A DNA stretch of 64,000 nt, taken from positions 1,054,001 through 1,118,000 of the forward strand of contig JAQGDQ010000015.1 of NCBI GenBank assembly GCA_030141605.1. Direction: 5' to 3'. Position numbers and translations under genes: made by a program. A model generated the notes under the pieces. It had not been told where the DNA came from. It was given only the letters and a program-made list of their open reading frames with translations, and did no database searches. This DNA is from Tubiluchus corallicola. Its lineage: Eukaryota; Animalia; Priapulida. Positions 26,653 to 38,600 of this stretch are shown in pieces. The stretch's first letter is position 1; the number at the start of each line of letters is the position of its first letter.

Positions 26653-28519
26653 GTTGACTAATGACTATCCGTAAAATCCGGTTGTGCTAAACAGTATTCT
26701 AAAAAGTGTTTTCCGCAATGCCTGCGACTTTCATAGTCACATTCTAACCATATCTAACCTGAGTTATACTATTTTAATGATTGTTTGGCATAGGTTTGTT
26801 AGTTATTCAACGAATTGTTCTTAGTCGTGAATGATGCATAAAGTTAGAGGGTGGCGAACTGCATGAGTAATGTTCGGATCTTTCAAAACAACAAAAATCA
26901 TGGACGGATTCATGGATGTTTTTCTTTCTTACAAAAACAAATATTTAGAAACTCATTCAGATGACTATTTACAATTTTCTAAGACGTCACTCATTTTCGA
27001 AATCTATTTGCGGAAAAAATCTTTTCTGAAGGTATTCAAATCCACAGTCATAATAAGAATTTAGATATTAATTTTATGAACTGAAATTAATTTGTTACAT
27101 ATGTAAGCTGCAGGTTTCTGAGCTTTTTCTAACATACATGGTAAAAAGGGTAGGAATATTGCACCACATTGGGCTAGTATACCCTAGAATTGGCCTAACC
27201 ATTGATTATAAATATGTTCAAGAACAACACGTACGAGGTGCTACACGAGATTTCTTTTTAGAATATTGATACATGGCTGAACTTTTTCAGTCTTATCTGG
27301 ATTAAATGATACATTATATTGTTTAAATCAAGTGTAAATTTTAAATATTTCTGGGAGATCATTGCTTAGATGAGTGCAAGATAAAAGTGGATCGCGAACA
27401 ACATCTGTCAGAGTTCGATAAATGACGATACCGACTCAATTATTAGGCATGGAATGTATGGTGCCGGAAAGCAAGTATTAGAGCTTTGGAAATGCAATAT
27501 TTTAATGGCAATCCACTGTTCCGATGGAAGCTGGCTGATCAGGACAGATTTTGTGGATACGGTTAGTTTAGAGCTGGAAACTGTGGAACATAATTATTAC
27601 TTTTGCTACTTTGCATTTCTTGTGAAAATGAGAGTAGAAAGGTTGTTTTGAAGGAGTGTCTTAGTTGGTTATTGTTTCAAAATATTGACTGTGATAAAAA
27701 AATTCTTAGTGGCACAATGAAAAGATGGTGCGAGATAGGTTTAAATAGTTTGGTCTAAATTTATTTTTTAGACAAGGATAAATCTGTATTAGTAATTGTT
27801 AAACTGTTATTGACAGGTACATGATGAAAGTGCTTTATATATTCAAGTATAAAAATAACTGAAATAGAATCGCAAAAATTTCATGTAAAAATTTAATCAT
27901 TGCAAAAAGCCATTACTTTCTCAATAATATGGGTTTGTGTCTTCTTTAAAATATTTCTAATTGTGTGGCAACTATTCGATGTCCCGCAAATGTAATAACT
28001 GCAGCCTACACATTATATTCGTTCTAATTCTACAAAGCCTTATAACATGAGGGGTGGTGTTATTGAAGGAAAAAACAGTTGTATGTGATTTGGGCGTGTT
28101 AATCTCAAACGCCCTGAAGCGGAACTCTCATACTGAGCATATTAGTTCTCAGGCTAATAAAGAAATTGAAATGATAAAGTGTTACATTGCATCACATGCA
28201 CAAGGCTGTAGTTAGAGATCAACTTTTGAGTATGTGTGCGTTGTTTTGTCATCTTAGTATGTTACTCTAAAGAATGCTTTATATGGAAAGAACTCAATTG
28301 GGATGTGTTAGTCTGGCCTCTGATAATTAACCAAACTCTGTAGTTTCTCTTGAACAATGCTGTGATACTGTAGGTCATATTAACTGCTATAAAGTCATCA
28401 ATAGTAAATTAATTTTACGTAGTGACAATTTTTTCTAGTCAGCATGATAAATCTGGCTCAATTTCGAAAATCGTTGAAGAGAGAGAGAGCGTCAAAAGCC
28501 GTGTTATGGACTTATGGTT

Positions 28520-29070
28520 AGATTTCGCAGTCTTCGCAAGCAAGCCAACGAATACGAATCCTTCCTTCTTCAAAATCTCATTCCACCTGTTGTAGGCATT
28601 GAGACCTCCACAATTGAAGGTTCCAACTCTTAGATTCTCCTTACCCCACCCCATTATTGCAGACAGAAAGGAAAGTAGAATACTACAAACAAATGTTGAA
28701 TATAGACATTCCTCGCTAAAAGATGTTATTTTCCAACAATTTGTTGCGCGTCACCGACAACAGCCAATTCACGCATATTTGTATACTGACAGAACGATTC
28801 TACCATTAACCATAGTTCCTTTAGTGCCATCTACAGTGAATGCATAAACGTATGAACTGCGAAGTTTATGCGAAAGCGTCCTCAGTAACGGAATTTTCAG
28901 TATATTTTGAAATTTGAGCATTACAATTATTAATAACGCCTCTTGTAGTTGCGAATTTTAACTTGAATATGACATATTTGATGCCATTTCTAGGTAAACT
29001 TGACGAGTATGATAAAGATGAGTGATTCACAGACTGAACCGGTAAATTAATATCCGTTGATTTCATTTGA
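28520..29070 (-). mobile_element. Possible LINE (L1/Tx1-like) ORF1-ORF2 junction fragment
   Basis: LRVGTFNCGGL resembles the first motif of the APE endonuclease. The upstream sequence is degenerate. Confidence 0.45.
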
Positions 29071-29229
29071 GTTTGTAATTAGATTCTTTACAGAGTAAAA
29101 ATATGTATACATTATAGCTTGTGGTTAACAGATGTTCTTCGCTGACTGTGTTATTATTGTTTACCGAGTGAACCGAATATAAATATGAAAGGAATATATG
29201 ATATAATTACCTTCGATGATATAAAGGAT

Positions 29230-29760
29230 ATAACTTATAAGCCTACTTTGGTACCAAAATCTTCTTCAATACTGATCTGGCTTGACCTTGAATGTATTAA
29301 GTGATGGGGTAGTGATAACATGACCTGACAATGAATTCCACATATTAACAATCCTCAATGAGAAATAATGTTGCCTAACAGATGTCCTATAGTATGGTTT
29401 CTTCAATTTCTTGCTATGACCTCTAGTTTTATTCATACTATCAACTTCAACGGGAACTGGGGTGTTGTACGCACCCTGGATGAACTTGTAGCATTCTATC
29501 AGTATCATATCACCTTTTGCTCTTCCATGATATAAAGATGGTAATTTAATGACTGCCAAGCAATCTTTCTAGTCCAGTTCTTTTAGTGAAGGAATCACTC
29601 TTGTGGCTGGCCTTTGAACAGGTTCAATTTATAATCCTTGACATAGCGAGGGTAAGTCACAACACGGCCATATTCTAACAAGGGTCTCATTAATGACTTA
29701 TATAGCTTAGAGTAACATTATCTTTACTGTGTTGTGTGAACATTCTTCTTATCAATATTG
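29230..29760 (-). mobile_element. CR1-type LINE 3' fragment
   Basis: Translates to GDMILIECYKFIQG...TRGHSKKLKKPYYRTSVRQHYFSLRIVNMWNSL...SLNTFK. Confidence 0.85.
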
Positions 29761-31116
29761 CCCTTGCTAGCAATCTCAAAAGTTCAAAATGATTTGTGTT
29801 GCAAGGAAAGTTGTAATTTAGTTCAGCCATATTTAACTTCACTTTGATACGTCAATTATACAGCTCACCTAAGTTACTTCTACAGAGAACCAAATTATTA
29901 GAAGCTTTCATAAAATCTAAGTAAACTATATTAAGTGAAGTACCACAGTTAATGATGTGAGTCCATAAATGTACGACATTTAATGGTTGTTTGATGCAAG
30001 ATGTGTTACTCTTTGTACAACCCAACTATATTTAGATTATTCTAGCTGTATTTTTTTCTCCTAACTTTAAAATGATAACCATTTAGTTTTATGTTTAATT
30101 GGAAATGAGCATTGATAATTATTCAATATAATGTTTTATAAATATACGGTTACATTTACTGTACTGTACAGGTTTATATCTAATTGGATAATTAGTAGGC
30201 CTAATTTAAATGATACAGAGTCGCCACCACAGAATTTTGGTAAATGCTGCAGTTTTGCAAAATTATACTTTATTAAAACAGTATATAGTAAGTTTTACAG
30301 CAGCAGACTTGTCAGTTTAAGGTGGCAGTATTACAGGTGACTCCAACGGGGAAGCCCAAGTTGGGTAGCGGCTATTGGTAAATATAGTAATGTATACGTA
30401 AGGAAGTAACTAATGTGGAGTCCATAATAAAAATACTGCTGTTTCCATCTAATCACTCGGGTGATATTTTTTTATCGCCGGGAATTTTACAATTTTTTTG
30501 TACGTTCGTGTACTTACTTGACACAGTCGTATAAAAGCGTATCTTTGAATTTAAAATGTAAAACGCAATAATTATTATAACATCATTCTTTCAGAGAACG
30601 CAGGACGCTGTTTTTCCATGGCTAGCTCTCGGCCAGAGTTTCCATTTTGTATGATGTTTATTGTATTGTTGGGCTAAAAAGTATAGAATTTTCTGTCCGG
30701 TGTACTAACGGCCGAGTAGTGTTGCTGCTTATACCATAATTATCATGGTATACTGTGTATACTGGTAAAGGTATACTGGTAAACTCATGTGTATTCATGA
30801 TACGTAAAAGAGACTATACAATAATTGATAGTTATACGATAATTTAGTAATGCGAAACTAAAAAACAAAGCATGAAAAAATGTGCATTGAAAAAATTTGA
30901 AACATTACTGCTAACCAGTGGGAAATAAACACAATTTGATTTCAACTGATTTTAATATTCCATAATTCAGCTTTAAATATTTATAAAGCTTTAAAGAATT
31001 TTTTGAAAAAACTTTTCTCCCTCCCTACTGACATCTTTTGAGCTCACAAGGTGAGACAGAAACAAACTTTTTTTGTGGCTGGTCTGGTCGAAGTAAGTGC
31101 TGGTATAATTGAAGCC

Positions 31117-34100
31117 ATGGTGCGTTTTTACTTGCAGGGTGCTGAGAGGCTTGCATTCGTTACTGAATGGTATGATCCATATGCTTCACTTACTCGCCAG
31201 TATCAACTTGTGTATTGGCCACATGACTGTAGTGTGGAAATGGTAAGCATTATTATTCATTCATGTATGTCAGCTGACTAAAATATATTTCAAAGTTTTG
31301 CTCATATTTTTTCTTTGTTTCTATTATTTACAGTGTCATTATTTTGCTTATTTTATTTATTGTAGCTTATTCATATTCTTATAGCCTACTAATGTAGGTA
31401 TATATAATAAAAATTATTGAAATTGGAAAACAAGAAAATAATTAATTAATCACCATAAGATTAATTATAAAAAAGTGATAGTTTATTATTCTTCCTGCTG
31501 GTATTCCAAATATCACAGCAAAACAGTCAAGCAATCCTAGTACTAGCTATGCCAATAAAAAGAATTTAGTACGAGCACAATCTATTTGTTATAAATGTCA
31601 GATGGGATTTATTGATGTTGAAGATCTTATGTCACATTTGAACACCCACAGCATTTCAGAAAACCATACGGTCATATATTCACGTTGATTGTGTCTTGCT
31701 GATGTTGTGACACTGCATGCGTGCGTGCGTGTGTGAGAGTTTGTGTGCAATGTGTATGAGAGAGAGAGAGACGGGGGGAATGAGCAGTACACAAATTTAC
31801 AGTAGTTTTGTGAATTAATGCTTTCATGTATGCCAGTTAGTTGATAACTGAAATTATTTAGAAAGTACTAAATGAGTAAAACTAATGTTTAACTTTATAT
31901 CTTTTGCCTTTAGCATGATATCAAGGCAAACAGAGTTTTTCTGAGACGTACTACTGTCGATGTACTACCTGAGCAAATGCATGTTGGCAATACCATAAAT
32001 GTCTTATCGCGGCAACTTAACATCATTGGTTATGGAGACAAGTACACAGAGAAAAAGTTGTCATTTCATTCTGAGCGGTAATTTAGCTTTATTTTGCTTT
32101 GCATTGTAGTGTGCATGAACAAAATAATAAGTGCTCAAATGAAAACGAAAATTTGTGAGAAAATTGTTATTGATTTCACATTCACTTTGCTTTTTATGTT
32201 TTCTACAACCATGTTAAGAGGAACTTGTTTAATAAAAATTAAAAATTCATTTTTTTGGCATTTTGTAATATGAGAGACCATGGCTGTAACAAATTATATG
32301 GCCTTTGTGAGTGAAAAATTGTTTTAAATGCAGCAGTTTTATAATATTGTCTTAATTTCGTTGGCAGCATTGGCAGTTTTTCTGATGCGTTTGATTTTCT
32401 GTTGATTTTGAACTAGTCAGAATACAAATTTGGTTGCCCGCTCTTTGTTTGCTTACTGTTTCCTTAGTAATAGAAAGAGGCCAACTGTAACCTACGTTAG
32501 TGGTGACTGTTAATAAATAATAAGTTATATTAACTAGCTAGCTTAATATTCTGAAGCAAAGTTTGTACTCTTTAGGCGAAATATGATGAATGATGCCAGT
32601 CACTTCGCTAATAATGGCTGTATACCTTATATTTTCCCAGTCAGAAAAAGATTTTTGAATTTTTCCGCTCTTGTGGGCTATTGTGCGAGCATTCGTAAAA
32701 CAGACATACCTTATCACGTAGTGTGGTTTCTCATCTTTCCAAAGAGCTGTAAAACTCCCTTCAAGACTCCCATGTAAGCCCACTTGGACATTTTTTGCAG
32801 ATAGTGTTTGGTCAGAATTTGAAAAAGTCAGGTGGTCCAGAAAGAGTCCAGTTGTAGGAAGGCAAGCAATTTGGAAACAAAACTATGTTTACTTCACCAT
32901 ATTACTGCATGATCTTTCCATTAATATGTTGTACCCAATTTTTCGGAATCCCGTTTTTCTGATGTTAATTTAATAAGTTTTGCGAAAAACTAGCAAAAGA
33001 CCGCCTATCTTGAAAGTTTTATGCCCGTCAATCCTCTCTGCTGCTGCCGAGAAAATTGTGTTTCACACCCATCACTCGTGTCTGTACCAGAAGCATATTA
33101 CATAAACAACAAGAACAACAACAACAGCAAGGCGAAACTGCCTTGTAGGTTACTTTACAAGATGGTAATGAACAAAAGAAATATGGACAGTGTTAAAATT
33201 ATGTTCATTATTAACTTCTGAAATCTCACATAATTATGTAGTAAAACCCATAACTTCATACAGAAAATTATGTTTTTCACCTGAATGATAAAAATTAATG
33301 ATTGTGAGATTCAGAAAGAAGGCCACTGTCTTTGGTTAATGATTTACCTGTACTTATGCCAATATTCTCGAAATGATATAACTTTGTGAGTTTGTATAAG
33401 TTAGTATATTTCATAATAATTTCTTAACTGTCAGACTTGCAAGATTATAACTTCAGCTGTAACTCACTTAGCATTGCTGTGGTTTGATGCTTTTACCCAG
33501 TCACATCTTTATAATTATTAACTGACATATTACATTTGCAGTATCAGCATTATAATGGTATTAAAGGTGCATTGTCTAAAAAAGTCATTTTAATGTAAAG
33601 CTATGATGAATCTTAATTTTTTGTTTCATGACAGGCTTCCAGTGTCTCTAAAGTTAACTATGGCGTTTGATCAATCATTTATGCATTATAAACTTGAATG
33701 CTTGCCACAGCGTAAAGATAACGCTTCAGAACTAGGTAACTTTATACAATGGAATTCTGCTTATTGGGTGCATATTAAACTGTTCTGTATTGTTACAAGA
33801 ATGTCTAGATGAAAAATAGAGGCTTGCTGAGTCCGGATTTGACTTTGTGCTGCTAGACAGCAGCGGTTACTTCAAAAGAGTCGATCATGCATCTTGGTGG
33901 GATGCATTATGATTAAGTAATCACTCACTTTACTATATTTTCAGAACACTCGCTATCATCAAACCAGAAGCACTTCAGAACTTGGGTGAAATTATAACCA
34001 TGATCGAAGACAGTTCACTGAAGATAACATGTATGAGAATGATGCAGTTGAGCAGAGATAATGCTGCCAAATTCTATGACAGTGTTGTTGGAAAGTCATT

Positions 34101-35647
34101 CTACAGGTGAAATAATAACAGCAGCAGACTAGTTATCGAACCAGAGTGTTTGTTGCCTTATTTTTATTTCAAGTTAGACTGTAAAACCTATTTTTACATA
34201 TTTTTAATCTTAATTTTAACTTTATTGGTTAATGTTACAAATAATAAAATTAAGGTTTACTTTCATGTAGTTATTACAGTTCACGGTAAAAGTAATGATG
34301 AACTGAATTACTATGGCATTTACAGTAAAGTGTTTTTCTAAAAATACAATCAATGATCACATTTACAATACATCAAACTGTTACATGGTTAAACTAAATA
34401 GAGTGAATTAGCTAGATATAATTATATAGAGGCACATTTACTTAACAACTATTATTGTGCCCTCAATTTTCTGTTTGCATTTATTTTTACCATTTACCAG
34501 TCTAAACATATATGGCACGACTGAGATATGATATCAGTCCATTTCTGAGTGTAATTCTTGATATTCGTCGCAATTTCTCATTAATCTTTGGAACTTTTTT
34601 CATGGAGTAAACTTAACACTCAGAATGGATTGTTTGGTGAGTAATTAGGATAGAATCGATCTGCATGCAGCCTGATCACATGAGGATGTCTAGTCTAGTG
34701 GCCAGGGCATTGGACTTATTCTGCAATGATCATTGTTCAAATCCCATCTTATTTCTGACTTTTTCCCATTTCCTTCTTTTTGACCAAATTTGGTTTTAAT
34801 AATTTGATAACTGTGGGTCCATTTCACCAAATGTAAAATATTGCTATGTTCTACCATTTTTCCTACAGAGACTGAGCTTGGCAAAATGTATTCATATTGT
34901 TTACGACAAAGAAACTTACAGAGGCAACAGTTGACTCTTAGTTATTGTTAAAATATGATGGTTTGTTCAGGTACTTCAAAATCCTTAATATTTCATAGGA
35001 GTTGCATTGTACTAAATCTTGTTCATTAAAGTGACATTATGCAGTGCTCATTTTTGTTACTGTCATGGTAATAACATGTCTCATTTGGACACAGTGTTCA
35101 AAATATGATCTGTTAAATCCAAGCTGAGGTTTTGGGATTTTGAGATTCTCTTGTCTATTATCACCAGAGCCTTGTGTGTGTATTCTCATTTTAACTTTTT
35201 GACATACAAATTTGCATACCTTTCTGTCTTGCAGCGATTTAGTTGATGCAATTACTAAGGATAAGATTGTTGCCTTGGAGTTGATGGGACCAAATGCCAT
35301 AGAGCGATGGCTGAATCTGTTGGGTCCAGCTGATATAGAGGACGCCAAAGAAAAGGCTCCATGCAGCATCCGGGCTCAATTTGCTACAAATGCTATTTAT
35401 AATGCTTGCCATGGGTCTGCTTCTCAAGAAGATGCATGCAGGGTAAATGATCAGTTCAAGTTTAAATCATTATGCATGATTTAACCTTTTCAAGTCCTGC
35501 AAAATACAGTAAATCATAAATCCCTAGAAATAAAGTTGTATTGAATGTATTGAATATGTAAATTTAAGCTTCTTTTGTAAGCTTATTTTTCCCCATTATG
35601 ATAATTCTGTTTATACAGAGTGAATAATTTAGTATTGCAATGCTCCT

Positions 35648-35682
<35 letters not shown>

Positions 35683-38600
35683 ATTGGCAAACTAAATTTG
35701 TGCACAGTATTTGGGTTTGGTAGATTTCTAGCAATTTATTAAGAGGCGAAAGTCGAAAGCACCTTCCATAAAATATTTTGGTATTGAAATATGTATCTTA
35801 AATTTTATGAAATTGGGTTGCAGCAAAGAATTTGTAAACGCAATTATGGAATAGTTTCTTTCAAGCTTTGTTTTTAGTCTTACTGTAGCAAGTAGGAAGA
35901 ATGATTTACGCATGAACAACTTCTACTTGCGATGATTTTATTTTTGGAACTGTCTTGAGACAGGTCGGTGTGATGGTTCTGACTATATAATGGCACCGCA
36001 GACTTAACAACTACTTTGTACATTAAATGCACTGCATCATTCACTCTTATTGTGTGCTGCACCAAAAATGCATCACCATTATCTTATATAGATTCCTCTT
36101 GTGTCTTGTGCTCAGAATGTTAATAAGAGTTAAAATATTCTTTAACTTAAAATATGCCTAGGGCATACACATATTTGGAATATATATAATTATTCAGTGA
36201 GGATGTCAGTTCACATGATGTATCCAATAGTAAAATGTCGCACATTTCTAACCCATTTAGGTGACTATATAGACATGACCAGATTTTCAACAATAAGCAA
36301 TTAAATCAATAAAAAACAAAGTACAAAATGAGGTAGTCTCCTTATATTAAAATTTTAAATTTGCAGTTGAAATTAACTGGCTAGCTAGATTGGCTGGCTA
36401 GATGACCATTGTGTCTTTCACCATCCCTTCGTCCTTTGATTTTGTAAATTATTATGTATTCATTGTTGTGACTTGACTGTCTTATGAAGACAGATAAGCG
36501 ATTCTCATTCTGCTGCCATATAATAGAATCGCCTTTCATTAAGACCACTTGTTGCTGTTTTGATGTGACTTTTTTAAGAACTATTTTGGTATCACTTTTA
36601 CCAGATCTAATGCATTTGTTGCTGCTATATAAACTGCTTGAATGAATATGCCCCAATGTAACTATAAGTAAAGCCATTGAAACCTGTATAATATGAGTAA
36701 TAGTGAATTTTAGGAGATAGACATTTTCTTCGGAAGAAAATTTGGTCGTTTAAGGAATACAGCTCAATTCCAGCATTCTACACTCTGCATAATTAAACCT
36801 CATATGTTGCTGTCTGGTAAGTATTGTCTGGTAAATTAATTGAATTTTGGCTATAAAAATTATTAGCAAATCCAGTTTTTGCATGATTTTTTGTATGTGT
36901 TGTTTTTAAATTGGTCTTTTAACTACTGCAAGTCATAATTTGGTTATTATTTTTGTGAGCTCTTTGATTTTTATTTGCATTAAGCTTTAACCTTTTATTT
37001 CTAGTGCAGGCCTAAAAAGCTTTAGGGAGATCTCATGTTTGCTTATCAAAAAGTTTTTACGACTACAATTTAGTAAAAAATGTGGTTAGCTGAAAAGTGC
37101 CTTTAAACTTTTGTTTAATTCTACAATATTATTAAAAATTTAGGTATCTGATTTACCATTTAGTGATTCCTAAATTGTGATCAAGTGCTACATCTCTCTC
37201 TCTCTCCCTTTCTATATCCCTCTCTCTTTTTCTTTCTCTCTGTCTATCTAAATTTATGTCTTCTCCCTCTCTCTCTCTTTTTATTTGTCTGACTGTGTAT
37301 ATTTTTCTCTGCCTTTGTTTTGCTCATTTTTTCTATTTAATTACAATAATGTTACCTATTGTGAAAAACAAAAAAGTTCTTTTCAAATCGTATTGATTTC
37401 ATGTTGTCTTTTTTATATAATAGTAATTCTATGTTTTCTTAGGTGCTTGTGGTCGAATAATAACTTGTATCAGAGATGCCGGTTTTAATATCACTGCACT
37501 TGGCATGGTGAGTTTTTACATATACAGTTCCACAGAATTCTACACGAGGATATTATTGTTGTGAACAGGGTCTATCTTATTACCCATTTTTGTTACTATT
37601 TGCCTATATTATTATTCCCTATCTGTTATCTACAAGTATTTTGTTGTATTTTCACTTCTTGCTTCATTTCCCATATTATAATAGATGCCAGATATTTTAG
37701 CAATGAAACACATAAACTAGCAATGAAATTTAATATCATTGTTACTGTAATCATTTTATTTGCAAAGCACAAGATTTTCTAATACTTCAAGTGAGTATTA
37801 GTTCTGGTTCTTTATAAGATACGTAGGAATTCTGCCATATTATGTGTACAATTTGCCTAATTTTCTTGATGCTTATTGGAATTTATTTGACATATTATGT
37901 GTACAGCTTACCTAATTTCCCACTTTATTAAATGATCAGGAAAGACTAATTTGCTTACAAAAATGGTTTGAATCAGAATGGTTAGAATGATGATACCATA
38001 CAAACGTTCGTGGTTATACCTTAGAAGAAGCGAGATTTGATGTTAAAATTTAGTAAAAAAGGCCATCTATTTGCAACAGCTGAGATAAATTTCTTGATTT
38101 TCCTACTTAAGCCGTGAAGAATTAAATTTAGCATTTTGAAAACCATAACCTTATAAACAGCTCAAAATCTGCTTTAGCACATATACCTACTTTTTGTTAT
38201 GTAAAAAACACATGCTGGTGTTCCGTTATATATATTTGGAATGAATTGGTCTAACTGGGACATTTTCAGTACTATTATTCCTGCTGAACTTCCTCCTTGT
38301 GTTTCATTGTGGCTAAAGAAAAATCATGTTCATCTTCAATGAAGTGCTTTAGAAAGCTGATGCTCTTAAAATCTAGTAGTTATGCATGGAAAAATTTAAA
38401 AAAAAATTGTTATTAGCATGACTTAGGTATACTTATTTAGTTCAGTATTCAAGAATGCTGCTAGCTACTTTGCTGTAATTGTAGCCAAAACATGCACAGC
38501 CCTAGTGCATGTTCATATTAAACTGCAGCTCAGCAAAATCAAGTCAAAGGCTGTAGAATCTGAGTAAGCGCAAGCTTGCTTCTACCTGGTCAGATGTTTT

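Noticed and set aside
34686-34746. Functional tRNA gene
   Set aside because: A and B boxes are present but the acceptor and anticodon stems do not pair convincingly, so I treated it as a SINE remnant.
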